Assembly (NCBI GenBank): GCA_049515895.1
Contig: JBEKTQ010000004.1
Span: 64,001 to 128,000, forward strand
DNA length: 64,000 nt
Source: Candidatus Bathyarchaeia archaeon
GTDB taxonomy: Archaea > Thermoproteota > Bathyarchaeia > Bathyarchaeales > Bathycorpusculaceae
Reading direction: 5' to 3'
Shown here: piece by piece, positions 1-10,507 of the stretch
How positions within the stretch are numbered: the stretch's first letter is position 1
How the letters are laid out: every line of letters begins with the position of its first letter
The notes under the pieces: generated by a model
Database searches by the model: none
Seen by the model: the letters and a program-made list of their open reading frames with translations, nothing else
What the model was told of the DNA's origin: nothing
Program-made: the position numbers and the translations under genes

Positions 1-420
1 CGCAGTCACACAGCCGCCCACGTTGTTGCTTCACTGCTTAATCAAGGTACGGGGGCTCTTATCACGGGCAACCAACTTGACGTAGACCACACCCGATTTG
101 ACTTCAACCTAGAAACTTTCGATCGACAAATCTTAGAAGCGCACATAGCTAAGGCTAACAGGCTTTTCGGCACCGATGTGCCCGTGAAATGGTATGACCT
201 CCCCAGAGAAGAAGCCATGAAGATTCCCGGCGTAGTCAAGATGGCCGGCGCCTTCCCGCCAGACCTGCCTTCGCTGAGAATCGTAGAAATCGTCGGAGTT
301 GACAAACAAGCGGACGGGGGAACTCACGTGAAGAACCTGCAAGAAGTTGGCCAAGTTCAGCTTTTGAAAACAGAAAACAAGGGAAAAAACAATAGGCGAA
401 TCTATTTTAAACTATATTGA
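1..420 (+). CDS. alaX: Alanyl-tRNA editing protein AlaX-M (5' truncated by window edge)
   Basis: Frame 1 is open from base 1: RSHTAAH (HxxxH), ITGNQL, RFDF, and C-terminal QADGGTHV...KGKNNRRIY. Confidence 0.85.
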   Translation, partial: RSHTAAHVVASLLNQGTGALITGNQLDVDHTRFDFNLETFDRQILEAHIAKANRLFGTDVPVKWYDLPREEAMKIPGVVKMAGAFPPDLPSLRIVEIVGVDKQADGGTHVKNLQEVGQVQLLKTENKGKNNRRIYFKLY

Positions 421-581
421 AAAAGTTGCGTAAGACGAAAAGAGGAAAGCTCGGAGCTGAATTCTGACGCAGTCCTCGTTCAAATTCCGTCCTGTGGTTC
501 GTGATCTACAAATGGCTGTTTTTGAGTTAGTTTTATTAGCAGTTGCAATTGATATTGCTTGGAAAAAAGAGAGGAGAAAAT

Positions 582-1955
582 TTGAACAAGAAAATACTGG
601 CATTAATTGTAGCCATAATCATAATCGTTTCGACCATTGCAGCAGTAGAGCTAATTCAACCAGCAGCATCACCTAACGCACGGTCAATAAATATAGGCTT
701 AGTTGCTCCGATATCGAAATCACCTGTTGGAACTGACATGCAGAGGGCAGCAGAACTTGCTGTAAACGAAATTAACCAAAATGGCGGCGTCTACGTATCA
801 AGTTGGCATACTCACGTAAATATCACTCTAACGCCCGTTGACACAATCGATGACTCTCCAGGCAACGCAGTAACTCCGGTAACGCAAGCAGTAACATCGG
901 AAAAAGTTGATATGCTCATAGGAGGATATGGAAGCGCAGGAACTCTTGCTGACGAAGTCGTAGCAATCAACAACAAGGTCCCATTCATAATTACAGGCGC
1001 CTCAAACCGACTTGTAACCACAAGAGGACCACAAGGCAACTACGGCGGCCTTGGCGCAACCGCAGCCAACAGCATAACTGACGCGGACGGAATGAGTTAC
1101 GTATTCCACTATTGTACTACCACTTACGACTATACCAAAACAATAGTTGACTTCTTTGCCACGCAAATGAAGCCGATGGTAGCAGCTAACCGCAACTTCA
1201 ACCTTGCAATATTCTACCGAAACGACGCCTTCGGGCAGGGCGTTGACCAAGCAGCTAAATACTGGATACAAAATGAAAGCCTACCCATTAACATCGTAGC
1301 AGAAAGGAATTACGACCCCAACACCGTTAACTATCAAACCGACCTTACAGTAGTTCAAGCAGCAAAGCCAGATGCAGTCATTGTCGCGGATAACCCAGAT
1401 AAAACGCCATTAATAATTCAGCAAGGCTGGAACGATGTTGGACTGAAAACAGTTTACATGGCAATCGAAAACAATCAGGACCCAACATTCTACTCGCTTT
1501 TGGAAAGCAGCGGCAGCGGAAATGGGCAACTCTTGGAATCAAAAATGGATCCCTTCATGATACCCTCATACTCAACGGCGGTGCAGACGTACTCTAAAGA
1601 GTTCTACGCTAAATATGGTGTTTACCCTGGAATGATGGGTGCTGACACATACGACGCGTTTTACATTGCTAAAGCCGCAATCGAAAGTGCAGGAACGGTG
1701 GACAAAGCTTCAGTACGAACAGCTATAGAAGGCACCAACATGAACCAAAGGCTCGTTATGACACAAAACTGCAAAATACAATTCAGTTCGGGCGTTGACT
1801 GGCACCAGATAAAACCAGTGACTTTCATTGAACAACTTGTTTTGAACTCAACCTCGAACAAGCTAGAGTCGCAAATAGTTTGGTCACCGACTCCCATAAC
1901 AAACTTTACGCCTTCGACCTTCACTCTGCCAGCAGGCTACAAATCCGGAAGCTAA
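582..1955 (+). CDS. Branched-chain amino acid/aryl acid ABC transporter substrate-binding protein (LivK/LivJ-like)
   Basis: N-terminal hydrophobic anchor, IGLVAPIS, ELAVNEIN..GGV, type I periplasmic-binding fold features. TTG at 582 follows GAGGAG (ORF track start is 543). Confidence 0.85.
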   Translation: MNKKILALIVAIIIIVSTIAAVELIQPAASPNARSINIGLVAPISKSPVGTDMQRAAELAVNEINQNGGVYVSSWHTHVNITLTPVDTIDDSPGNAVTPVTQAVTSEKVDMLIGGYGSAGTLADEVVAINNKVPFIITGASNRLVTTRGPQGNYGGLGATAANSITDADGMSYVFHYCTTTYDYTKTIVDFFATQMKPMVAANRNFNLAIFYRNDAFGQGVDQAAKYWIQNESLPINIVAERNYDPNTVNYQTDLTVVQAAKPDAVIVADNPDKTPLIIQQGWNDVGLKTVYMAIENNQDPTFYSLLESSGSGNGQLLESKMDPFMIPSYSTAVQTYSKEFYAKYGVYPGMMGADTYDAFYIAKAAIESAGTVDKASVRTAIEGTNMNQRLVMTQNCKIQFSSGVDWHQIKPVTFIEQLVLNSTSNKLESQIVWSPTPITNFTPSTFTLPAGYKSGS

Positions 1956-2075
1956 ACGAGCTTCCTCCAAACTTTTCTTTTTATTTTTCCCTCAGTCAGA
2001 TATATTTTAAATAGTCAAGTACCGTTATTTCTCCAAGTGCCAACCGTTTGAGGGGAATTACATAAAGGGGTTCAC

Positions 2076-2954
2076 ATGGACATAACCGCAGGAACAATTC
2101 TTTTGACCTTGGTTTGGGGAATAGCGGTTGGCTGCATCTACATGCTGCTTGCAAGTGGACTAAACATCATTTTCGGAGTAATGAAGCTCGTGAACTTTGC
2201 GCATGGACAACTTCTAATGATTGGAGCCTACGCCACATGGGCTATCTCAGTTGCTTCAGGTTTGAACGCCTACGAAGCTATCTTTATTTCAATGGCCTTA
2301 GTTGCTGCTCTCGGCGTTGTTGTTGAAAGGCTAACTTTCCGCAAAGTTCTCGGGACCGAGAAACTAAACGAGATTTTTGTCAGCCTTGGATTGATTTACA
2401 TTTTTGAGAACGCTGCCTTGCTTTTATGGGGCGATCAATCACAACGCATTGTCAGTCCTTTTGCTGGACTAAGTTTTGATTTAACGGCTTTCTCCATCAC
2501 GTACGACCGAGTTGTTGCTATGATTGTTGTGGTCGCGATTTTGGTTGCTTTCGGATGGTTAATCTACAGAACAAAGATTGGATTAGCAATGCGAGCGACA
2601 AGCCAACGAAATGTCACGGCTTCGCTTATGGGCATTAACATAGAGAGAATCTACATGATTACTTTTGCCTTAGGCTCAGCTATGGCAGCTGCAGCAGGAG
2701 GATTATACGGCATTATCTTCACCTTCAATTCCCAAAGCGGAGCGATGCCAACAATCATTGCTTTTGCAATAATTATTCTTGGGGGTTTGGGAAGCATTAG
2801 AGGAGCAATTGTAGGAGGTTTGCTTTACGGTATCGCGGAACAAATGGCGACCTTGTTTCTAGGGGGAATATGGGCAAGTGCTGTCGCTTTTGCCCTTCTG
2901 ATCGCTGTCCTTATTATCAAACCTAACGGATTATTCGGCGAGAAAGGAGAATGA
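2076..2954 (+). CDS. livH: ABC transporter permease LivH
   Basis: LASGLNIIFGVMKLVNFAHG, GLAMRATSQ, IILGGLGSIRGAIVGG, KPNGLFG. Confidence 0.9.
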   Translation: MDITAGTILLTLVWGIAVGCIYMLLASGLNIIFGVMKLVNFAHGQLLMIGAYATWAISVASGLNAYEAIFISMALVAALGVVVERLTFRKVLGTEKLNEIFVSLGLIYIFENAALLLWGDQSQRIVSPFAGLSFDLTAFSITYDRVVAMIVVVAILVAFGWLIYRTKIGLAMRATSQRNVTASLMGINIERIYMITFALGSAMAAAAGGLYGIIFTFNSQSGAMPTIIAFAIIILGGLGSIRGAIVGGLLYGIAEQMATLFLGGIWASAVAFALLIAVLIIKPNGLFGEKGE

Positions 2955-2955
2955 C

Positions 2956-4020
2956 ATGCCAAGCAAACAGAAAGTTGCCACGTTCCTGCGTTCAAAAGGC
3001 TTCCAGATTTTGCTTATTTCATTCGCTATCTTAGCGCTAATTCCAGTCTTGATACGGGATAGTTTCTTCTTGTTTGTTTTTACTCTAATTTTTATCTTCG
3101 CGATTTACGCAGCAAGCTGGAATTTTCTGTCCAATTCGGGGCAAGGTTCCCTGGGTCATGCTGCTTTCCTAGGGATAGGCGGCTTCGCCTCCGCCATCAT
3201 TGGATCGAGACTTTCCGTTGCAATAATCATAACCCTGAAAGTGGATACAATGCCAATTGGAGCCTTGTCGGTGCTTCTCCAGATCATGGTGCTTCTTTTA
3301 GGCGGTTTACTTTCAGCGGGAATCGGTTTACTAATCGGTTTGGCTTGCGTCCGGTTGAAAGCTTGGTATCTGGCAATGGTCACGTTCGGTTTTTCAGTCA
3401 TAATTAACACCCTTTCAAGCCAATTCGATTCTTTCACCAACGGGATATATGGATTTGCCCCTGCGATATTTGTTCCAAGTGGCTTTCCGTTTTACATTTT
3501 GGTCATTTCTTTCGCCGTGCTTTCCATCGGGATCATGCACGCTGTAATGAAGTCTCGAATGGGATTGGCGTTCCGAGCCATACACGGTAACGAGGCTGAG
3601 GCAAAAATGATCGGCATTAACACCCCAAAGTACAAGCTCATAGCCTTTACCATCAGCACATTTTTCGCTGGCATTGCTGGTGGATTATATGTTTACTTTA
3701 TTCGGTTTGTGGATAACTCTATTTTTTCGCCTGCTAACTCATTTTTACCGCTAATAATGTCTGTTATCGGCGGTCTGGGAACTGTAAGCGGACCAGTAAT
3801 CGGCTCAATTTTCTTGACATCCGTAGGGCAGATTCTTACAACGCAGCCCGTTACTCAAGGGCTAAGTAATACGCTGGGACCGTTCTTCCCTAAGGTCGGC
3901 TATGTTGGACCGCCGCTGACCTACCTTTTCATAGGTGTCATTCTAATAGCGATTGTTGTTTTCAGTCCGAAAGGGCTAGAATCGCTGTTCCGTAAATTTT
4001 ACAAATACCTCGTTTCCTAA
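2956..4020 (+). CDS. livM: ABC transporter permease LivM
   Basis: SGQGSLGHAAFLGIG, YLAMVT, GLAFRAIH, IGGLGTVSGP; abuts livH. Confidence 0.9.
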   Translation: MPSKQKVATFLRSKGFQILLISFAILALIPVLIRDSFFLFVFTLIFIFAIYAASWNFLSNSGQGSLGHAAFLGIGGFASAIIGSRLSVAIIITLKVDTMPIGALSVLLQIMVLLLGGLLSAGIGLLIGLACVRLKAWYLAMVTFGFSVIINTLSSQFDSFTNGIYGFAPAIFVPSGFPFYILVISFAVLSIGIMHAVMKSRMGLAFRAIHGNEAEAKMIGINTPKYKLIAFTISTFFAGIAGGLYVYFIRFVDNSIFSPANSFLPLIMSVIGGLGTVSGPVIGSIFLTSVGQILTTQPVTQGLSNTLGPFFPKVGYVGPPLTYLFIGVILIAIVVFSPKGLESLFRKFYKYLVS

Positions 4021-4078
4021 AAAAATCGCGCGAATAACTTGTTACATCTGCCATTCTTTTACTTGAAATTAGAAGTTT

Positions 4079-4525
4079 TCATTGAAAATACTTTTTGATT
4101 TCTTCAAGCGACAGAACGGCAACGTCATTTGCGGCTAACACTTGCTCTGTTTTTTCAACATTGCTGGTGCGCATGATCAACGCGATTTTGCCGTCGACAT
4201 GTACAGCTGAAGAATAAGCGTATTCGATGTTGATGCTCCCGTCGCCCAGAATCTTTGTTATTTTCGATAGAGTATCTTTCTCAGACATGAAGACAGCTGT
4301 TACTTCCGTGTTCTTCTTGGATTTAGCAAGGTTGAAATCTGCGTCTTCCAAGAACTTTGCCGCTTTGGCCGGGTCTTCAGTCACCAATCTCACTAGACCA
4401 AACTCGCCTGCGTCCGCAATTGATAGGGCGAAAACTTTCAGTTTGTTGCGGTCAAGCTGCGACATAACGTCAAAAAGGGACCCTGGATGATTGTCCAGGA
4501 AAACGCTTACTTGAGTTATTGGCAA
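4079..4525 (-). CDS. Double ACT-domain protein (family usually linked to paaK/ior)
   Basis: QVSVFLDNHPGSL, ALSIADAGEFGLVRL, INIEYAYS. Confidence 0.85.
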   Translation of the reverse strand: MPITQVSVFLDNHPGSLFDVMSQLDRNKLKVFALSIADAGEFGLVRLVTEDPAKAAKFLEDADFNLAKSKKNTEVTAVFMSEKDTLSKITKILGDGSINIEYAYSSAVHVDGKIALIMRTSNVEKTEQVLAANDVAVLSLEEIKKYFQ

Positions 4526-4683
4526 TCTCTACACCGATACCAAATAGTAGCAAATAATATTTAACTTTAACCAAGCTTCAACCATTCAACGACCACAAAT
4601 GAGACGAAATAAAAATAGTCTCTGTTTTTACCAAACCTTATATTTCGAATTTGATTATTTCTTGCTAATCGGAGACAGCAATT

Positions 4684-5421
4684 TTGCTAAGGTGTACCGA
4701 AGTCTCAAAACGTTTTGGGGGACTTCAAGCATTAAAAAATATAGATTTGACAGTTAACAGCAACGAAATCGCTGGACTAGTCGGACCTAACGGCTCCGGC
4801 AAATCAACGCTTCTAAACCTTATCAGCGGCGTATACAAGCCTGACGCGGGAAAAATATTTTTCTTAAACGAAGACATTTCAAAGCTTCCTCCGTACAAGA
4901 TTTGCGCTAGGGGCATCACCAAAACCGCTCAAACCGTTCAATCATTTCCAGAAATGACCGCGGTTGAAAACGTGTTAACAAGCTTACTTTTCAATGAGAA
5001 AAAAACTGAGAAAAAAATTGATGTGAATTCAAAAGCAAAGGCGCTCTTGGAATTTGTTGACTTAAGTAAAGAGAAATTTGATGTTAAAGCAAAAAACCTC
5101 AATGTAGTCGAGTTAAGGCGCATTCAACTTGCCAAAGCTTTGGCAACCGCCCCTAAACTGCTTCTTTTGGATGAGCTACTTACTGGTTTAACTCCTGCAG
5201 AATGCGATGAAGCGACTGCACTGATTAAGCAGATCAACAAGCAAGGCGTGACAGTTCTTATCGTTGAACATGTTATGCGGGTAGTAATGGGGCTGTGTGA
5301 CCGCGTAGTTGTCTTGCATCATGGCGAGAAAATCTGCGAGGGAACGCCCGAACATGTGTGCAGCGATGAAAAAGTGGTGAAGGTTTACTTAGGCAAGAAG
5401 TTCCAGATAAGCGAGGAGTAA
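4684..5421 (+). CDS. livG: ABC transporter ATP-binding protein LivG
   Basis: Walker A GPNGSGKST, LLLLDE, VEHVM, C-terminal VYLG. Confidence 0.9.
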   Translation: MLRCTEVSKRFGGLQALKNIDLTVNSNEIAGLVGPNGSGKSTLLNLISGVYKPDAGKIFFLNEDISKLPPYKICARGITKTAQTVQSFPEMTAVENVLTSLLFNEKKTEKKIDVNSKAKALLEFVDLSKEKFDVKAKNLNVVELRRIQLAKALATAPKLLLLDELLTGLTPAECDEATALIKQINKQGVTVLIVEHVMRVVMGLCDRVVVLHHGEKICEGTPEHVCSDEKVVKVYLGKKFQISEE

Positions 5422-5423
5422 AA

Positions 5424-6128
5424 GTGTTAGAAACACAGAATTTGTCATCAGCATATGGAATGGTGCAAATACTGCACGACGTATCTTTCAAAGTTGAAGA
5501 AAAAGAGATTGTCAGCATCATTGGTCCTAACGGCGCCGGAAAAACAACTCTTGTAAAAACAATAATGGGTTTCATCCCTTCAAAGAATGGGACAATCAAG
5601 TTCAAAGGCGAAAACATTGGTAAATTACATCCATACGAGATAGTTAAGAAGGGAATCACAATGATTCCTGAGGGTAGAGAAATTTTTCCACGTATGACTG
5701 TTGAAGAAAACATGCGGTTGGGCGCTTATACAATGAAGGACAAAGATAAGATTAAGGAAACCATGGAGAAAGTCTTTCAGATTTTTCCTGTGCTGAAAAA
5801 GAAGGAAAAATCGTTGGCTCAAACGCTTAGTGGAGGGGAGCAGCAAATGCTTGTCATTTGTCGAAGTCTAATGTGTAATCCTCAAATGCTGATTTTGGAT
5901 GAACCTTCATTGGGATTGGCGCCAATCATCGTGGAGAAGGTGTTGGACACTATTCGAACTATCAACGATGAAGGCGTGACCATTTTGCTTGTTGAACAAA
6001 ACATTCAAGATTCATTGGACATTGCGGATAGAGGCTATGTTCTCGAGGAAGGAAGAATTGTTTTGGAAGGAAAAAGCAGGGAACTCTTATCCAATAATTA
6101 TATAAAACAAGTGTACTTGGGCCTTTGA
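5424..6128 (+). CDS. livF: ABC transporter ATP-binding protein LivF
   Basis: GPNGAGKTT, PEGREIF, LSGGEQQML, LDEPSLGLAP, VEQN. Confidence 0.92.
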   Translation: MLETQNLSSAYGMVQILHDVSFKVEEKEIVSIIGPNGAGKTTLVKTIMGFIPSKNGTIKFKGENIGKLHPYEIVKKGITMIPEGREIFPRMTVEENMRLGAYTMKDKDKIKETMEKVFQIFPVLKKKEKSLAQTLSGGEQQMLVICRSLMCNPQMLILDEPSLGLAPIIVEKVLDTIRTINDEGVTILLVEQNIQDSLDIADRGYVLEEGRIVLEGKSRELLSNNYIKQVYLGL

Positions 6129-6176
6129 AAAAAGAGAATATAATTGACCAGCAGTTTCTTAAATGGAAAAAATCGT

Positions 6177-7184
6177 TTAGATCCAGCCTTTTCTTCGGAA
6201 AGCACCAATTAGGCTCAGCGCCAAACTGATCATTATCACAATCATTATGTAAAACCCATAACTGTAAGAGCTACCCGGCATTGAGAATCCGCTTCCAAAG
6301 TTTGTTCCGTATATGCCAGCTAACAGCGTGAGCGGGAGGAAAATGGCTGAGATGATTGTGAGCACCCTGACTATGTTGTTTGTTGTTAATGTTTGAGCGT
6401 TAATAAGGATGTTACCAATGTCTTGGATTTCTTCTCGGTGTGTATCTACAACTTCGCTTAGCGAGATTGTCCTATCGTAAAGATCTTCGAAACGCGGCAA
6501 CGTCGCACTTGAAACAATGGCGAATTCGCCTCTGGCTGTTTTCCCGACAAGTTCGCGAAGGGGTCCCATCGCTTTCCTAAGAGCTAAGACTTGCTCCCTT
6601 GACTTAGAAATTTCCAACCCCAGATTTCTGTTTGACTCCTTTGGTCTCTGGTTGAAACGACTTGCGGCTTCTTGGGTTAAACCCTGAAGTATTTCATGAA
6701 CCAAATCGGAAACCAGGAAAACCTCGTTTAAAATTAGATCCAAGGAAATGTACAACAGGATATCGGTGGATGGTGAGAGAGAAAGGGCAAAGTAGCCGTG
6801 AGTGCTGATTTTCTTGTAGATTTCGCTTGTGATGTTTGAATGACCCTTATGGACGGAAACCATCCATTTGTTACTTATGGCTAAGGCAATCCATTTTGCT
6901 TTTGCATTCGGGATAAACTGGTCGCTGCTAGGATAACTCACAAAACAGTAAACTCGGTCGACGACCTCTTCTATTTTTGACCGTCGTCCCGGCTCTTCAA
7001 ATTCCTTCATGTTAAAATTATCTAACCCGAAATGGCTTCTCAACTGCTCCATTTCAGCTTCAGAAGGGTCTTCAGCGTCAACCCAGATAATAGAATCCTC
7101 GCCGATTTTGAGGGGCACAGCCTCTAAATTGGTGGAGTGCCACTGACCGCCTTCGTTTTTCATAAGTTGTTTGATAGTTAACAT
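6177..7184 (-). CDS. corA: CorA-family divalent cation transporter
   Basis: Large soluble domain plus two C-terminal TMs; FLPLTLLAGIYGTNF (GxN motif), ends RRKGWI. Confidence 0.85.
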   Translation of the reverse strand: MLTIKQLMKNEGGQWHSTNLEAVPLKIGEDSIIWVDAEDPSEAEMEQLRSHFGLDNFNMKEFEEPGRRSKIEEVVDRVYCFVSYPSSDQFIPNAKAKWIALAISNKWMVSVHKGHSNITSEIYKKISTHGYFALSLSPSTDILLYISLDLILNEVFLVSDLVHEILQGLTQEAASRFNQRPKESNRNLGLEISKSREQVLALRKAMGPLRELVGKTARGEFAIVSSATLPRFEDLYDRTISLSEVVDTHREEIQDIGNILINAQTLTTNNIVRVLTIISAIFLPLTLLAGIYGTNFGSGFSMPGSSYSYGFYIMIVIMISLALSLIGAFRRKGWI

Positions 7185-7310
7185 TTTGCCCTTCCGCTTT
7201 ATCTTTCATGTAACTTGTTTCTTAACATATTCTGTAACTGCTCGCTTATTTTAAGAAATTGCCGTGCGCCAACTATGATTATGCACATCTGGACAAGCAG
7301 TGTCGCTCAA

Positions 7311-8009
7311 TTAGCTTGGATGAGCGCTGTAAGTAGATGTTACATCTTCGTATCTGTTGTCTTCAAATGCATAGACCTTAACTGTTGATCCGATATACGC
7401 ACCCCAATCCCAGCTTAGATATCTATGTGGCGAATTCCAAACTTTGTCAGAGGGATCCACGTGAACCCATGTGCCGTTGTAGTAGTCTTCAGCCCAGACA
7501 TGTATGTAGGTCCAACCTTGAGTATCAACAGCCACGACAAGCCTGCTCTGGTATCCAAGCGCTAGGCAAGCTGAAACGTAAACGATGCTCCATTGCACGC
7601 AAATGCCTTCGCGGCTGTCCAGAATCTGGAATGGGTCTTCATAAAATCCTGTTGGGTTCGAAGCAAACGTTAGCTTGCTCCCTTCCCAACTGAAAAGTTC
7701 AGTTTGGTTATCGCCTGGATTAAGCAGAGTCAACATTTTGGCTTTAGTCTGGCTTGAGTTCAAACTCTTCATTACATCAAGGTAATGATTTGTGAAAGCC
7801 GTAAAAGCTGGGTCGGCGTTTGGCGGGTTTGCCTTGTTGTTTATTGAAGCCTTGTTATTTGCCGTGGACCAAAAATGCACAGACGCGAGCACAGTTCCAA
7901 CAATAAGCGCAACAGAAACGATGACTATCCAAGCTCTGGTTTGCCTGCGCTTTCTTGCCGGAGGAGCTTTCCTAACAGGAGTCATAACGCTATAATTCAC
8001 CCCCTTCAA
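7311..8009 (-). CDS. Membrane-anchored transglutaminase-like protein
   Basis: N-terminal TM; Cys-His-Asp triad in GICVQWS, HVWAE, WVHVDP. Confidence 0.75.
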   Translation of the reverse strand: MKGVNYSVMTPVRKAPPARKRRQTRAWIVIVSVALIVGTVLASVHFWSTANNKASINNKANPPNADPAFTAFTNHYLDVMKSLNSSQTKAKMLTLLNPGDNQTELFSWEGSKLTFASNPTGFYEDPFQILDSREGICVQWSIVYVSACLALGYQSRLVVAVDTQGWTYIHVWAEDYYNGTWVHVDPSDKVWNSPHRYLSWDWGAYIGSTVKVYAFEDNRYEDVTSTYSAHPS

Positions 8010-8238
8010 AGTAAAAAACTTGCCGTATTGAGCTTTAATTACTTCAAAATAGGCAAAGACACGAAGTCGAGGCTGGAAAGCATAAAGTGGTACATTGAGA
8101 ATCAGCGACCACTGAAAAGAATAATTAAATACCTGTGGAAAAGAAAAAATAATTTCTTGATAGAAGCGTCGGAATTAACTTGATGCGTTCTCTTTCTTAT
8201 TTTCTATCTCGAGAATTGGCAATAAGAATCTTGAGTTG

Positions 8239-8601
8239 TCACTTCTTAAAAGCTAATCCTGTGAAGAAAGCCACCATCTTCTCTCCGCTCTTAACTCTCA
8301 CTTGATACAAACCAGTGGTTTTTCCATCAGAAACCCGATCTGCCTCAGCCGTTAACACGTCTCCCTCAACCGACGGCTTCAAAAAGTTGATGCTTACCTG
8401 AACCGCGACTGCAACGTTTTCGCCGTAATTGCATGCATGTGCGAAGGCGTAGTCTGCCAGCGAGAAGATTGCACCGCCGTGCGTAAAGCCCAACGCGTTG
8501 GTGTGGTTTTTCTCAACTTTCATCGTTACTTTAGCATAGCCATCTTTGGCTTCAACCAGCTGAATTCCCAGTGCATCTGCAAAATGGTCTCTTCCTCTCA
8601 T
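8239..8601 (-). CDS. paaI: PaaI-family hot-dog thioesterase
   Basis: NALGFTHGGAIFSLAD motif; near paaK. Confidence 0.85.
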   Translation of the reverse strand: MRGRDHFADALGIQLVEAKDGYAKVTMKVEKNHTNALGFTHGGAIFSLADYAFAHACNYGENVAVAVQVSINFLKPSVEGDVLTAEADRVSDGKTTGLYQVRVKSGEKMVAFFTGLAFKK

Positions 8602-8791
8602 GATTGTTACCTTTAAACCGTGTTAGTATCGAATCACCATAAATAAGATTAACTGTGATAGAGCCGCTGTGTTATTTTTGGCGCACCCAGCTGATAGGCA
8701 ATAAGCCAACTGTAACATTGTGTCCTTGCATTAGATGGGAGCTAGTAATTTTAAATAAGGGCGGTACTAAACCGTTTGTTGATGATTACGT

Positions 8792-10492
8792 TTGCCTGAA
8801 AAAGTTTTGGTTACCTCCGCTTGGCCATACATCAATGTTACGCCTCACTTAGGCAACCTTGTAGGTTCAGTCCTTTCCGCCGACGTCACAGCACGCTACT
8901 ACAGACTAAAAGGCGACGACGTTATGATGGTCAGCGGTTCAGACACGCATGGCACACCCATAGAGGTGGAAGCCATAAAGCAAGGAATTAAACCGAAAGA
9001 GTTAACCGACCGCAACCACGCCCGAGTCGCTGAACTCTTCGGTCGATGGGAAGCCTCATTTGACAATTACACAAGCACAGAAAGCCCAATTCACAAGCAG
9101 TTCGTCCAGAAAACCCTGCTTGAAATCCAAAAAAACGGTTACATCTTCGAACAGGAAACCCAAATGCTTTACTGCGAACATGACCAGCGCTTCCTACCTG
9201 ACCGCTTCGTAGAAGGCAAATGCCCATACTGCGGCTGCGAAAAAGCACGCGGAGACCAATGCGACATGTGCGGCAGGCTGCTGGAACCAACCTTGCTGGT
9301 AGAGCCCTACTGCGTAATCTGCAAGAACAAGCCAACGGTTAAAACCACTCGTCACTGGTACATTGACCTTTCGAAACTTACTGAACCTCTAACAGATTAC
9401 CTGAAGGGCAACCGGCAACTTCCAAGTAACGTCAAAACATTCAGTTTAAACTGGATAAAAGAAGGCTTGAAACCCCGAGCCGTCACCCGCGATGTAGAAT
9501 GGGGGATACCGGCGCCGTTCCCTGGAGCGGAAGGCAAAACTATCTACGTTTGGGTTGATGCAGTGTTAGGCTACATTTCAGCAACAATCGAAGAGTGCCA
9601 ACGGCTAGGGCAGCCGGAGAAGTGGAGGGACTTCTGGTTGAACAAACAAGCCAAGACCCTATACTTCGTCGGAAAAGACAACATTCCCTTCCATACAATA
9701 ATCCTTCCCGCCCTCCTCTTGGCTTCAGGCGAAGATTACAATCTGCCATGGAACGTCTCCGCCACAGAATTCCTCCAGTTCAAAGGGCAAAAAGCCTCAA
9801 AAAGTCAACGTGTCGGCATTTGGATAGATGAAGCCTTGGACATGTTTCCTGCGGATTACTGGCGCTTTTTCCTCATCGCGACGAGACCCGAAAGCAAAGA
9901 CACAAACTTCACTTGGAGCGCCTTTATCGACAAAATCAACGCAGACTTAAACGATACTTTTGGCAACTTCATCCACCGAACCTTAAGCTTCATTGCCTCG
10001 AAATTCGATTCCGTAATTCCAGCACCAACAAAACTTGACAGAGACGACCAAGCTATACTGCAGGTAATCAAGGAAAAAGTAATAACTGCCGCTCAAGAAT
10101 TCGAAGCTTCGAAGCTTCAATCTGCAGCAAACACGCTAATCTCAATAAGTCGAATCGGAAACCAGTACCTCAATGACAAGGAGCCATGGAATCTGATGAA
10201 AACAGACAAGGAAAAAGCCGGAACCATCTTTTACGTTGCCGCTCAAGTAGTCAAAGCCGCCACAGTGGTTTCGTCGCCTTTCATCCCAGCCACTGCCGAG
10301 CAGCTTTGGCAAACGCTAAACTTGCCGGAAAACATTAATAAGAGCAGCTGGAGTGAAGCCTTAAACCCCATTGATGCGGGGCACAAGATAGCCAAGCCAA
10401 AACCTCTATTTCACAAAATAGAGGCTGACGAGTCAAAACTGGAAGAACAATTGTCCGAGGTCAGGAAGAATCTGGCGAATCAGCCAAAATAA
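8792..10492 (+). CDS. metG: Methionyl-tRNA synthetase (short form, no C-terminal tRNA-binding domain)
   Basis: SAWPYIN..PHLGN (HIGH), two Zn-knuckles, YVWVDA, GKDNIPFH, KASKS (KMSKS). Confidence 0.95.
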   Translation: MPEKVLVTSAWPYINVTPHLGNLVGSVLSADVTARYYRLKGDDVMMVSGSDTHGTPIEVEAIKQGIKPKELTDRNHARVAELFGRWEASFDNYTSTESPIHKQFVQKTLLEIQKNGYIFEQETQMLYCEHDQRFLPDRFVEGKCPYCGCEKARGDQCDMCGRLLEPTLLVEPYCVICKNKPTVKTTRHWYIDLSKLTEPLTDYLKGNRQLPSNVKTFSLNWIKEGLKPRAVTRDVEWGIPAPFPGAEGKTIYVWVDAVLGYISATIEECQRLGQPEKWRDFWLNKQAKTLYFVGKDNIPFHTIILPALLLASGEDYNLPWNVSATEFLQFKGQKASKSQRVGIWIDEALDMFPADYWRFFLIATRPESKDTNFTWSAFIDKINADLNDTFGNFIHRTLSFIASKFDSVIPAPTKLDRDDQAILQVIKEKVITAAQEFEASKLQSAANTLISISRIGNQYLNDKEPWNLMKTDKEKAGTIFYVAAQVVKAATVVSSPFIPATAEQLWQTLNLPENINKSSWSEALNPIDAGHKIAKPKPLFHKIEADESKLEEQLSEVRKNLANQPK

Positions 10493-10507
10493 CGCGGGGC
10501 TAAACTT

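Noticed and set aside
8650-8790. Leader RNA (T-box/SAM) or C/D sRNA upstream of metG
   Set aside because: No conserved riboswitch landmarks; C/D-like boxes are too degenerate.
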